64,000 nt of DNA from Balanoglossus misakiensis (taxonomy: Eukaryota; Animalia; Hemichordata). This document shows positions 35,501 to 46,633 of the stretch, one piece after another. The stretch is taken from assembly GCA_040954595.2 (NCBI GenBank), contig JBECUI020000035.1, positions 1 through 64,000 of the forward strand, written 5' to 3'. Under the pieces are notes generated by a model. The model did not search any database. It worked only from the letters and a program-made list of their open reading frames with translations, and had not been told where the DNA came from. How positions within the stretch are numbered: position 1 is the stretch's first letter; every line of letters begins with the position of its first letter. The translations under genes were made by a program, and so were the position numbers.

Positions 35501-38500
35501 TTATACATACCAAAACACTGCAAGATGGATAATGATCTCTTTCCCCTGGTGACTCCATTATTTGGACAGGCATTGCATGCTGTTTGTCCTTCAAGGGGTT
35601 GATAATATCCAATTGCACAAGGATGGCACTGACTCAGCTCAGTGTCATGGTACGACCCTTCAGGACACAATACTGTGGAAATACAAAATGTTGAAGGCAG
35701 ATGTATACATTGTTCATGTACTGATCATTATGCATTAATGGTTTAAAACACAACTACAATTGTAACACACAGCATTCATTTTGGCCAGTTTTTCACTCTT
35801 GTGTCTACAAGTGGGATTGCAGTTGTGTGTGGTTGAATGTTGATTCACTATATATCCACATGTAGAATAACATTAACTGTGTCTTCTATCAAACATAATT
35901 AATGGAAAAAGGGCAGCGAGAAAGAGACTTTGTCCCTCCTTGGTATGAGCATATCAAATCAATTATTTCCTTATATCACCTCTTGGTTGGGTTGTATTTA
36001 CCACTCACACTTGTCTTTAATTTGTACACTGCGACTCACAACCACACTCGCAGCAATACGGCCCACCTAACAGGTCATATCAGGCGATATAAACATATTA
36101 ACATCTACACCTTTTTATAATATTAATTTTGGACACAGTTTTAATCCTTTCACCACCATGGTTCAGTCCAAACCAATTGTTTTCTATGGTAAGGTTTGAC
36201 CTCTATAGAGGAAACTGGGAGTGAAAGGGTTAAAGTACATAACAACTGAGGAGTATAGGCACTCACCACATTCTTCTCCAACAAGAACACTACCATTGGA
36301 ACAGAATATTGTACTTTCAACTTGTAATGTCTCAGCGTCGACCGAATATTCAGCTGTATCAAAAGGACCATTCTTGACTGCATCTTCAATAACTACAGCT
36401 GCAGCATCAGCAGAGCTAATGGATAAAACAACAGGCAAAAAATTCTTACATATGCCACATTACAATACCAACCAGAAGTGTGTACTGTAAACTGAATTGT
36501 TTTCACGACAGGAAATTTTCGCGATATTAAAAGAGGCGACTGTTACGTGAGGACGAATTTTCGAGTTCTCGTATTTCACTAACTGCATCATTATCTCCAA
36601 AAACATTTTACACAACTTTTTATTTTAACGTTTTTTTGACCAGCACATGTTTTGCAGAAATTTACTGCTCGCGAAAATAACACGTTTTGCAGTATATTTC
36701 GAATGCATGAATCTTTAGAATACAGGATGCCGCAACATGAAGGAAGGTGGGCAGAAATGATGGGGTTGCCAAAAACTGAAAATGTTTGAGTGTTAAGACA
36801 CAAAATAATTTGTTTTCACTTGCATGAATGGAATATTTTGCAATAATGCAAACACCAGCTGTATAGGGAATACAGAGCTGGTCCTCACACAGCCTGGGAT
36901 CAGTACCCTAGACATGTCACCAAAGTCATTTCAATAGAACAGAAGGGGAATGAAATACTCGAAAAATAACAATTACTACTCACGCATTGGTTGTGAAACT
37001 GAACTGAACCACAAGCTGAGTATCAGCCTGTCTCTTTCTTCGGTTTGAGGCGCCGCAGGTTATTTCAAGGTCATCAAAGTTGCATTCACCGCCACAAATA
37101 CCAAACAAATCATTCAGATAGTTGATAGTGTTCATAAAACTGATCCTCAATTGCTGGATGACACCATTGTTACATGTACCAGCCTGTGAATTGTATGACA
37201 CGCCACAATTCACTCCACGTTGAGTCTTCCCAGGAGCTGCAGTAGAACAATACAAACAAACAAATTTTGTTAAAGATGCAATTTTCAATCTAGCGAACGA
37301 TGTATTGACTTAGACTGCGAAACCGCTTAGCCAATCAGGAAAGTTACAGCTGCTTACCCAGAACAAAATATTAAGAAAATAGCTCAAATGTACTGGAGCT
37401 TTATATTGGGGTAAGCAGATATGATGTTAACAAATTATCTACCTGTAATCACAACCTTGACATACTGTAAAGCAAGAATTTGCATTACTCATATTTCTCT
37501 TTTCATTTATAACTAAAAGAAAATTGTCTCAATGCTGGAATACCCCCTCTCACAACTCTCTCTCTCTTTGGAGAATTTTCTGAATGTGCATGTGCAACCT
37601 GATTATATTTCTTTACTGATACCAAATCATTTTTTTCTCACCTGAACATCCAGGGAAGGTGAATTCCTCGTCTGGATTCTCAGGATTAAAAGATCCTTCA
37701 CTATGGCAGAGATAGTAAGGTGCTGGCAGGCTTGCAAACTTGTATCCTGGTAAACAATCCACCTGACAGGACACACCCGACTCAAACTCATTACAGATGG
37801 AAATACCTTTAACTGGTGGTGCTGGCTTTTCACAATCAAATGATGTAAAAGAAAGGAGAACACAGTTTATTTGTCTATATATATATTTTTAATTTTATTT
37901 CATCTATCATCCAACAGGCAAATACTACCCAAATGTCTGTGTCTCATATATCATCCAACAGGCAAATACTACCCAAATGTCCAGGTCTAGGTAACGAACC
38001 CACAACCCTAGCCACTAGGGCACAATGCCTCTTTTACCAGGTTCACACAGGGTAAAATTTGAGACACTATTTGCCAGTGCTAACCACAGAGCATTAATCC
38101 TTTGAGTCATGTTGTGTCCACACACACAAAGTTTATGTATGGGCGCTGAGGCTCGGCCCCATAGACAATGGGTTGCGGAGAGGTGTTAATCCTTACACCG
38201 GCTCAGGTCTGGCTGGCAGAGCCGTCTAAAATCTGAGACGTTTCAGGACCACTTACACCGTCCACACATGTTTTTTTAAGACAGTATCAATTCTGAGATG
38301 CTTCAGAACTGTCTTAATGGTGTATGTGTGACACCCATATTTATTACACAGTCAAATCTTTTAAACAGAACACCAACACATTAACATGTTTCTATGTAAA
38401 AGGGACTAGGAAAAGCTGTTGGTTGAAGAGAGGTTTCCCGATTAGACAGGGTTTGTTTTAGACGGGTTTGAGTGTCCTTGTATGTTCTGAATGATGTTGT

Positions 38501-41395
38501 TATAATTTTTGATAGTTACATAGGGACAAAAGTGATAATGATGCAATCATATTACTGTAAAACGGCAAATTTTCCCAAACTTCGGCAAAAAAGAAGAAGA
38601 AAATAAAGTCGCATAAAATGTTTTTCAGAGATAACAGAGTAGTTAGTAAAATACTAGAATGCGGAAATTTAATTCTCGTGTCACAGTTGCCTCTTTTGAT
38701 ATATTGCAAAATATTTTCTGTCACGAAAATGTCCCGTTTTACAGTATGTGACAAGACATAACAAGGGGTAGAGATGACAATTTGTCAAGATATTAATTAA
38801 TTTGTAAAGTTTATGTATGAATGATAAAAAAATTCACTCACGCAGTACATAGAGTAAAAAGTTGCACTGTGTATTGTTGCCAGCTGTATCTGAAGCAACA
38901 TAGCTGATCTGGTAGGTTCCCCAGGAAAAGGTGTCACCTGTAAGAACAAAATTATGCACATCATTACAGGCATGGGTGCTAAAGCCAAAATAGCTTCCGT
39001 TTCTTGAATGTTTTTCATGATTTTCTTTTCAAACTTAGAATGGTCCATTTAAGTGAGCTATCTGGTGGGTATACACAGGCATATTATCAACTCCTGATTG
39101 TGACTGTACATATAAACATGAACAAGATATGTATACTAAACAGATATGGTGCCGCACACGTTTATTCAACTGCCCATTGTAAGAGAACACAACATTTGTG
39201 GTATGGGTATCCCCAGTAGTAGTGGAGAATATTAAGTACTTTACTGATTAAAGGCCTTGCTCAACAGTTGGTCAAATCTTTTGTTTCCAATAAACAATTA
39301 CGTGCAAACACAAATGCTTTCGAGTTTTAACTTCATTGTACTGCCCTGGGATCGAGGAAAGGGCCTATAAACATATGGTAATAGTATCAGCAATTGAGGC
39401 TTTAATACTTGGAAGCAAGATCATCTGTCGCACATAGGATGTGCTAGCCATATATGAGTAACGGCCACAAGAATAAACTGTACCAGTATGCTTCATACTG
39501 ACCATAATCTTAGGAAAGTTGTCTCAGCTTGTTGGTTTCTGTTTAGATCAACTCCCCACCCCACCCCGATAAAAAAAAACTTAGTTAGTGTGAATGTTAT
39601 ATATTATCTATAATCAGAAATGATATTTTATAGGAAACTTACCCATTGTGTAGGTTTGTGTCACATTGGCAATGGCGACATAATCTTTAAATATAGGCTC
39701 CTGCCATACTCCTGTTGTCAAGCTATTAGGACTAATTATACGGGTCGTATTGGGACAGTAAATGACTTCAGGAGCGTGTTTATCTGAAGAAAAAAAAAAT
39801 GAAAGAATAACAAATGTTTGTAAATTAAACAACTGGTCCACACCCCCTATGCATACACTGGTACATTTAGGTAAATGCACTACTAGATGTTAATATCTGT
39901 CACATATTCATGAGAAATCCAGATATTGTTAAGTGCTTGTTTTCTGATACATGTGAATAGACTAGATCACTGTCAAGAAACACTACAAGATAGGACAGGA
40001 GTCATGAGATGGTATCCATGGGCATAATAACTGATATGATCAATTACACTCATGATAAGCCTAGTTCTTGGAACAGCAGAAACTGATGATGATGATGGTG
40101 ATGATGATGGTGGTGGTGGTGGTGGTGGTGATGATGATTATGATGATGATGATGGTGATGGTGGTTGTGAATAGTATCATTACATTCAGTGTTAAATACA
40201 TGTACGGTAGAAACAAAAAGAGTGAGCGATACAGGCATGGGCAGATGATGATTCCCTATACTTCCTAAAGTAGGGAGATTGCAGGCTGTGTGATTGGAGT
40301 ACAACACACAGCAGCTAGGGGCTGGTGAATGTACACAGGAAAAACTACTCAAAATTTCACACAGTTTTCCCTGGACAGACACAACATTACAAGGAGAGCT
40401 GTGTTAAAGTAAGGATTTAGGATTAATCAACTCTGTGAATATGACCCAATTTCTCCTCGTCAGATTATGCATAAAATTGTTTGATAGTAATGAATAAGGC
40501 TATTTACCAACAGGTGTGCATGGTGAACCAGAGTAACCAATTGGGCACCTGGTACTTCCACAAGCTGATGGCTGGATTTTGACCACACTACCCAATAACT
40601 CTTGATCCATTTCAACCCACATGACATGATTGCCAAGTGGACTTTGTGAACAGTTCAAAGCCAGACTCTGGATTTCAACAGGAGTCAATACATAATCGTA
40701 TACATTCATCTGTGTAACATCACCATGGAAGCTAAAATAGTTGTCAAGGAGTCCATTTTCGTCATAGCTTTGACCAAGAATTACCATACAGCTGTTGAAA
40801 AACAAGAGAATAATGAATTCATTAAAAGTGCTGGTAAGAAGTTGTCAAAAATAAACTGTGAAAATCAGTATCGTTCCGCATAAGTTTGAATTTGAAAGTG
40901 CCACGAAGATAGCTTTGCTGATGTCCATAGTTTGCTCCCTTGATTTTTTTGGCCAGTTTTGTTGTAAGTCGCAACATGTTATGATGATATTGTATTGTCA
41001 TGTAGGAGTAAGACAAGCTACCTAGCAGATAAGTTATAAACAAGATAACTGCTTCACAAATAAATGGTTCACTTCTCTTGAGGCTTGGGAAAACTTGACA
41101 GTATAGGAAAATATAGAATTTTAACATGTGATGATGACAATTTTCTATGGCTTTGTAGGAGTTAAAAATGTTCGGAGTTCCACTAGCAACTTACTTTTCT
41201 GAGTCATCGATACCTGTCCAGGATGGAAGGGGTGATGTTACTGCAACACCATTCAAGTAAACTGCCACAATGCCTTCTTCAATTACCATGACAACATTAT
41301 GCCACGAGTTGTCATCTACTGATACGGTTACACCATTTGTACTGACAGATAGACTTCTGTCCAGGACAAGAAGGGTACTATCAACTTGGGTTAAG
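32299..41395 (-). CDS. 3' portion (15 exons, ~863 aa) of a type-I membrane protein with pentraxin/LamG, HYR, sushi, GCC2/GCC3, EGF, TM and NPxY tail; uninflatable-like / SVEP1-like architecture
   Basis: Exons assembled by hand. All phases match and the total is 2593 nt = 1 + 864 codons including the stop. All introns are GT-AG except one acceptor (AT at 37844-37843). Domain motifs are recognisable in the translation. Confidence 0.9.
32915..33011 (-). CDS. Exon: transmembrane helix
   Basis: DSSVDTAVIIGGVAGGLAAVLVLGVIMLLMYQR; TTACAG acceptor and GTAAGT donor. Confidence 0.9.
33279..33407 (-). CDS. Exon: EGF-like domain
   Basis: DKCEGFCSNNAVCIKDSDGNPVCECTDEYQGETCRQ; phase 1-1. Confidence 0.92.
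33701..33823 (-). CDS. Exon: calcium-binding-type EGF domain
   Basis: DAHECRLGLDDCHPNVTCRNLVPGYQCTCKTGFTGDGITCT; TTCTAG acceptor and GTATGT donor. Confidence 0.93.
33904..34086. mobile_element. Kolobok-type MITE in intron
   Basis: TTAA|AGGTATACGGTCACCT ... AGGTGACTGTATACCT|TTAA. Confidence 0.85.
34393..34554 (-). CDS. Exon: GCC2/GCC3 (ephrin-receptor-like) Cys repeat 4
   Basis: SYCNVGWYLNQESYRCEKCPVGTYNFEFNQDACQPCPTGYTTGREGALYETECD; 162 nt, phase 1-1. Confidence 0.93.
34692..34859 (-). CDS. Exon: GCC2/GCC3 Cys repeat 3
   Basis: EVCKSVGVQLSVNGSCESCPMGTYRSNAELQPSCMPCPFGFTTRTVGSTLSEDCNV; 168 nt. Confidence 0.93.
35104..35265 (-). CDS. Exon: GCC2/GCC3 Cys repeat 2
   Basis: ERCDVGHYFDNGTSQCQSCPIGFWQSEEGKFVCNTCPKGMLTLVEGATDESQCQ; 162 nt. 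Confidence 0.93.
35511..35672 (-). CDS. Exon: GCC2/GCC3 Cys repeat 1
   Basis: VLCPEGSYHDTELSQCHPCAIGYYQPLEGQTACNACPNNGVTRGKRSLSILQCF; 162 nt. Confidence 0.93.
36145..36229. mobile_element. Very short piggyBac-like MITE
   Basis: TTAA|TCCTTTCAC ... GTGAAAGGG|TTAA. Confidence 0.6.
36267..36415 (-). CDS. Exon: linker region
   Basis: (A)SADAAAVVIEDAVKNGPFDTAEYSVDAETLQVESTIFCSNGSVLVGEEC; phase 2-1 fits both neighbours. Confidence 0.88.
36485..36692. mobile_element. Tc1/mariner-type MITE (TA TSD)
   Basis: TA|CTGTAAAC ... GTTTTGCAG|TA; same family as 38555-38744. Confidence 0.6.
36984..37236 (-). CDS. Exon: Cys-containing linker with furin-type site RRKR
   Basis: APGKTQRGVNCGVSY...CGGECNFDDLEITCGASNRRKRQADTQLVVQFSFTTN; CTGCAG acceptor and GTGAGT donor. 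Confidence 0.9.
37642..37842 (-). CDS. Exon: sushi/CCP domain (non-canonical AT acceptor)
   Basis: (P)FDCEKPAPPVKGISICNEFESGVSCQVDCLPGYKFASLPAPYYLCHSEGSFNPENPDEEFTFPGCS. The polypyrimidine tract ends TTTTACAT instead of TTTTACAG. Confidence 0.85.
38555..38744. mobile_element. Tc1/mariner-type MITE (TA TSD)
   Basis: TA|CTGTAAAACGG ... CCGTTTTACAG|TA. Confidence 0.8.
38842..38937 (-). CDS. Exon: HYR domain C-terminal half
   Basis: GDTFSWGTYQISYVASDTAGNNTQCNFLLYVL, matching the HYR pattern G..F..G...+.Y.A.D.AGN...C.F. Confidence 0.92.
39643..39783 (-). CDS. Exon: HYR domain N-terminal half
   Basis: DKHAPEVIYCPNTTRIISPNSLTTGVWQEPIFKDYVAIANVTQTYTM. Confidence 0.92.
40084..40166. repeat. (GAT)n/(GGT)n trinucleotide repeat in intron
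   Basis: Direct reading. Confidence 0.93.
40508..40791 (-). CDS. Exon: pentraxin/LamG C-terminal part plus EGF-like motif
   Basis: CMVILGQSYD...SFHGDVTQMNVYDYVLTPVEIQSLALNCSQSPLGNHVMW...CGSTRCPIGYSGSPC. Confidence 0.93.
41195..41395 (-). CDS. Exon: pentraxin/LamG middle part (copy 1)
   Basis: LTQVDSTLLVLDRSLSVSTNGVTVSVDDNSWHNVVMVIEEGIVAVYLNG...; 201 nt, phase 2-2. Confidence 0.9.
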
Positions 41396-41634
41396 CTGCC
41401 AAGAAATTCAAAACAGAGATTAGACATAAATCGGTGCATCAGCTGGTACTTTTGGGAAATTATCACACTTTTTTTCAAACTGCACCACCTTTAGCCCATA
41501 CAGAAGTATGCACTGAACTATCTACAAGTATTATGAACCCTAAGTATGAGTGCATATGCAAGTTTAAACCAGACAAATAATAAATATTCGCCGCAAAGGA
41601 ATATGGTCGCCACCGTGAGAAAATGCAAAATACA

Positions 41635-44600
41635 ATTAAAGTTGCAAGCAGCGTTGGCGGGGCACAAGCGGTTCCCATGGTAACAAGCAAATGCCAAGGC
41701 TGTATCTGCTGTGGATACCAAGATATTGGAAAGTAGGTCAAAGGTCACCAGAGGTCACCCCAAATTTGGGCAAAAAAATCGGACCCCATACTAGTCTAGG
41801 TCCAACAAAAACCAAACACCTAGCTCTATTGGATCGCCTAGAATTAGGTATGCGCATAATTAATGAGGTCTTGTGTAAGACTCCATATCTGCTCCATCGG
41901 CCCTCCAAAAGTCAGGACTCTAACTGCTGTGGATGCTGAGATATGGGAAATTAGATCAAAGGTCATCCAAGGTCACCCAAAATTTGGGCATAAAATGTTG
42001 ACCCCAGAGTGGGCCATGTCCAACTAAAACCAGACCTCTAGCCCTATTGGTTAGCCTGGAATTAGATATGCAGAAAAATGATGTTTTAGAAATAGGTCAA
42101 GGGTCATTGCCAAAATTACCAAAATAGTTGTGTCATGTCCTGGCAGCATTGGTACCCATGTCCACAAAATTCATGACTGTGGTGCTTTTACAAGAGGAGG
42201 TATGGGGATATGCATATATAATTAGTTGTTTTAAAACTGGGTCAAAGGTCATGTCAAAATTGCCCCGAAAAATTGTAACAACTTCCGGTCATATGATGAC
42301 TCATATCCAAAAAAAGAATTTACGTGCTGTCAACATTTTGGCTACAAAGCAGAATTTTCATTTTTCAATGGTTTTCAGAAAATCCAACATGGCCGCCATA
42401 ATGATCGACCAATCACAGTGCGCTTCGCAAACTTGATAAAAATAGGTTAGGTGACCACATACCCCGAATCCTGTGACTCGGCAATCGCTGGTTCTGGAGA
42501 AGAAGATTTTTAAAGTTTTAAGTAGTTTTTCAGAAAAACAATTGTAGCAAAAAAACTTTATGTGTGACGTCATGATTTCAATGGGGTAAAATGATGGACA
42601 GAAGGTAGGCTACCTGCACACCAAATTTGAACTCGATCGGCCCAGTAGTTTTTGAGAAGGACTCGTTTAACGATTGTCAGGAAATGCAATATGGCCGCCA
42701 GGTCACGTGACTAATTAAATATTCACGAGCCACTGCTAGTCTACTCATTGGCCCCTATCACCCTACCAAGTTTCAGCCCCCAAGGTGCAGCGGTTTTCCA
42801 GATCTACCTGGCCGAATTTCTCGGAAGAAGAAGAAGAAGAAGAAGAATTAAAGCTGCGAGCAGCATTGTCGGGCCCAAGCGCTGATCTTGAATTATATAT
42901 GCACAGTATGAATGAGAAGAAACAGAATTTTCTATCGGATGTATTATCTCATGACATAACAAGGATGTGTGTATTGTTGCTGCTGAAATAGGGTGAAGTA
43001 GGTCAAAGGTCACCTAAGGTCACCCAACATTTGGGCAATTTTTTTTTACCCATACTGGTCCATGTCCAACAAAAACCAAAACTCTAGCTCTTTTGGTTCG
43101 GATGTTATTAGGTATGTGCATATTTAATGAGGTCAGCAGGTGTCACAGGTGACCCAAAAATGTGGCTTTACATTCTGGTCCCCTCCTACAAAATGCCATG
43201 GCTGTATCTGCTCTGGATGCTGAGATATGCGAAAGTAGGTCAAAGGTCACCAGAGGTCACCCAACATTTGGGCAAAAAATTTTGATCCCATACTGGTCCA
43301 TGTCCAACAAAAACCAAACCTCTAGCTCTATTGGTTCACCTGTAATTAGCTATGCACATAATTAATGAGGTCAGCAAAGGTCAAAGGGTCATGAAAAGTA
43401 GCAAAATATTTTGATCACACACTAATCCACATGCATCAAAAACCAAACGTCTAGCCCTATAGGTTAGCCTGGAATTAGATATGCAGAAATAATAACGCGT
43501 GATAAGTAGGTCAAAGGTCATGTGAAAAATCGCCAAAAATTTGTAACATATTTTAGTCATATGACGATTGATATCAATGAAAATAATTTGTATGCTGTCA
43601 TTTTTTAGACTAGGAAAAGGAATTTCAATTTTTCACTGCTTTTTACAAAATCCAATATGGCCGCCATAATCTTCGACCAATCACAATGCTCTTTGCAAAC
43701 TTGATAGACATCAGTGTAGTGACCATACTCCCCGAATCTTGCGACTCAGTTATCGCCCGTTCTGGAGAAGAAGATTTTTTGGAATTCTACTATGGTTTTT
43801 CGAAAATCCAATATGGCCGCCATAATCTTCGACCAATCACAATGCTTCATATCAAACTTGATAGACATCTGTTAGGTGACCACATACCCCAAACCCCGTG
43901 ACTCGGTTATCACCGGTTCTGGAGAAGAAGATTTTTGAAATTTAAGCCAGATTTCAGAAAAAAAATTGTAGCAAAAAAAATGCAACATTTACAGCAAAAT
44001 ATCCAATTACAAAAATGATGGGCAGAAGGTAGTCTACCTGCATGCCAAATTTGAAGTCGATCTGACTTGTAGTTTCTGAGATCTGAGATTTGCATTTTTT
44101 CCGAAAAACCAATATGGCCGCCAGGTCACGTGACTAATTAAAAATTCAAGAGTTCAATGCACGACTACCCATTGACCTTGACCACTGTAGCAAGTTTGAG
44201 AAGTGTACCTGCAGTGGTGTCTGAGATCAAGAGCGACAAAGAAATGACACAAGAATAAAGAAAGAAAGAAAGAAAGACAGATTAAAGCTGCGAGCAGCAT
44301 TGTCGGGCCCAAGCGCTGATCTCGAATTATATATGCACAGTATGAATGAGAAGAAACAGAATTTTCTATCGGGTGTATTATCTCATGACATAACAAGGAC
44401 GTGTGTATTTTTGCTGCTGAAATAGGGTGAAGTATGTCAAAGGTCACTTGAGGTCACCCAACATTTGGGCAAATTTTTTTGACCCATACTGGTCCATGTC
44501 CAACAAAAACCAAAACTCTAGCTCTATTGGTTCGCCTGTAATTAGGTATGTGCATATTTAATGAGGTCAGCAGGTGTCACAGGTGACCCAAAAATGTGGC

Positions 44601-45825
44601 TTTACATTTTGGTCCCATCCTGCCAAATGCCATGGCTGTATCTGCTCTGGATGCTGAGATATGCGAAAGTAGGTCAAAGGTCACCAGAGGTCTTCCAAAA
44701 TTTGGGCAAAAAATTTTGATCCCATACATGTCCATGTCCAACAAAAACCAAACCTCTAGCTCTATTGGTTCGCCTGTAATTAGCTATGCACATAATTAAT
44801 GAGGTCAGCAGAGGTCAAAGGGGTCATGAAAAGTAGCAAAATATTTTGATCACACACTAATCCACATGCATCAAAAACCAAACGTCTAGCCCTATAGGTT
44901 AGCCTTGAATTAGATATGCAGAAATAATAATGCGTGATAAGTAGGTCAAAGGTCATGTGAAAAATCGCCAAAAATTTGTAACATATTTTAGTCATATAAC
45001 GATTGATATCCATGAAAAGAATTTGTATGCTATCAATTTTTAGACTAGGAAAAGGAATTTCAATTTTTCACTGCTTTTTACGAAATCCAATATGGCCGCC
45101 ATAATCTTCGACCAATCACAATGCTCTTTGCAAACTTGATAGACATCAGTGTTGTGACCATACTCCCCGAATCTTGCGACTCAGTTATCGCCAGTTCTGG
45201 AGTAGAAGATTTTTGCAGTTTTACTATGGTTTTTCGAAAATCCAATATGGCCGCCATAATCTTCGACCAATCACAATGCTTCTTATCAAACTTGATAGAC
45301 ATCAGTTAGGTGACCACATACCCCAAACCGCGTCACTCGGTTATCACCGGTTCTGGAGAAGAAGATTTTTGAAATTTAAGCCAGATTTCAGAAACAAAAT
45401 TGTAGCAAAAAAACTGCAACATTTACAGCAAAATATCCGATTACAAAAATGATGGGTAGAAGGTAGACTACCTGCACACCAAATTTGAAGTCGATCTGAC
45501 TTGTAGTTTCTGAGATATGAGATTTGCATTTTTTCAGAAAATCCAATATGGCCGCCAGGTCACGTGACTAATTAAAAATTCAAGGGTTCAATGCACGACT
45601 ACTCATTGACCTTGACCACTGTAGCAAGTTTGAAAACTGTACCTGCAGTGGTGTCTGAGATCTAGAGCGACAAAGAAGTGAACCAAGAATAAAGAAAGAA
45701 AGAAAGAAAGAAAAACCCCAACGAAACCAATAGGGCCCAAGCGCTGCTATGCGCTTGGGCCCTAATTAAAGCTGCAAGCAGCATTGTCCGGGCCCAAGCT
45801 CTATTATCTGATCAGATTATTAGAT
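41635..45825 (+). mobile_element. Nested/tandem non-autonomous Helentron-like elements (units start ~41635, 42847, 44281, 45765)
   Basis: Each unit starts with a variant of ATTAAAGCTGCGAGCAGC...GGGCCCAAGC and has internal GGTCAAAGGTCA and CAATATGGCCGCC subrepeats and a (GAA)n/(GAAA)n tract. A terminal hairpin AGGGCCCAAGCGC..GCGCTTGGGCCCT lies at ~45732-45763. Confidence 0.75.
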
Positions 45826-46193
45826 AGTGCTGGTAAGAAGTTGTCAAAAATAAACTGTGAAAATCAGTATCGTTCCGCATAAGTTTGAATTTGAAAGTGC
45901 CACGAAGATAGCTTTGCTGATGTCCATAGTTTGCTCCCTTGATTTTTTTGGCCAGTTTTGTTGTAAGTCGCAACATGTTATGATGATATTGTATTGTCAT
46001 GTAGGAGTAAGACAAGCTACCTAGCAGATAAGTTATAAACAAGATAACTGCTTCACAAATAAATGGTTCACTTCTCTTGAGGCTTGGGAAAACTTGACAG
46101 TATAGGAAAATATAGAATTTTAACATGTGATGATGACAATTTTCTATGGCTTTGTAGGAGTTAAAAATGTTCGGAGTTCCACTAGCAACTTAC

Positions 46194-46394
46194 TTTTCTG
46201 AGTCATCGATACCTGTCCAGGATGGAAGGGGTGATGTTACTGCAACACCATTCAAGTAAACTGCCACAATGCCTTCTTCAATTACCATGACAACATTATG
46301 CCACGAGTTGTCATCTACTGATACGGTTACACCATTTGTACTGACAGATAGACTTCTGTCCAGGACAAGAAGGGTACTATCAACTTGGGTTAAG
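46194..46394 (-). CDS. Duplicate of the pentraxin/LamG exon (copy 2)
   Basis: Same sequence and splice sites as 41195-41395, offset +4999. Confidence 0.7.
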
Positions 46395-46633
46395 CTGCCA
46401 AGAAATTCAAAACAGAGATTAGACATAAATCGGTGCATCAGCTGGTACTTTTGGGAAATTATCACACTTTTTTTCAAACTGCACCACCTTTAGCCCATAC
46501 AGAAGTATGCACTGAACTATCTACAAGTATTATGAACCCTAAGTATGAGTGCATATGCAAGTTTAAACCAGACAAATAATAAATATTCGCCGCAAAGGAA
46601 TATGGTCGCCACCGTGAGAAAATGCAAAATACA

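Noticed and set aside
40050-40382. Poly-His / poly-Met-Val ORFs
   Set aside because: An intronic (GAT)/(GGT) repeat. The flanking exons already join in phase without it.
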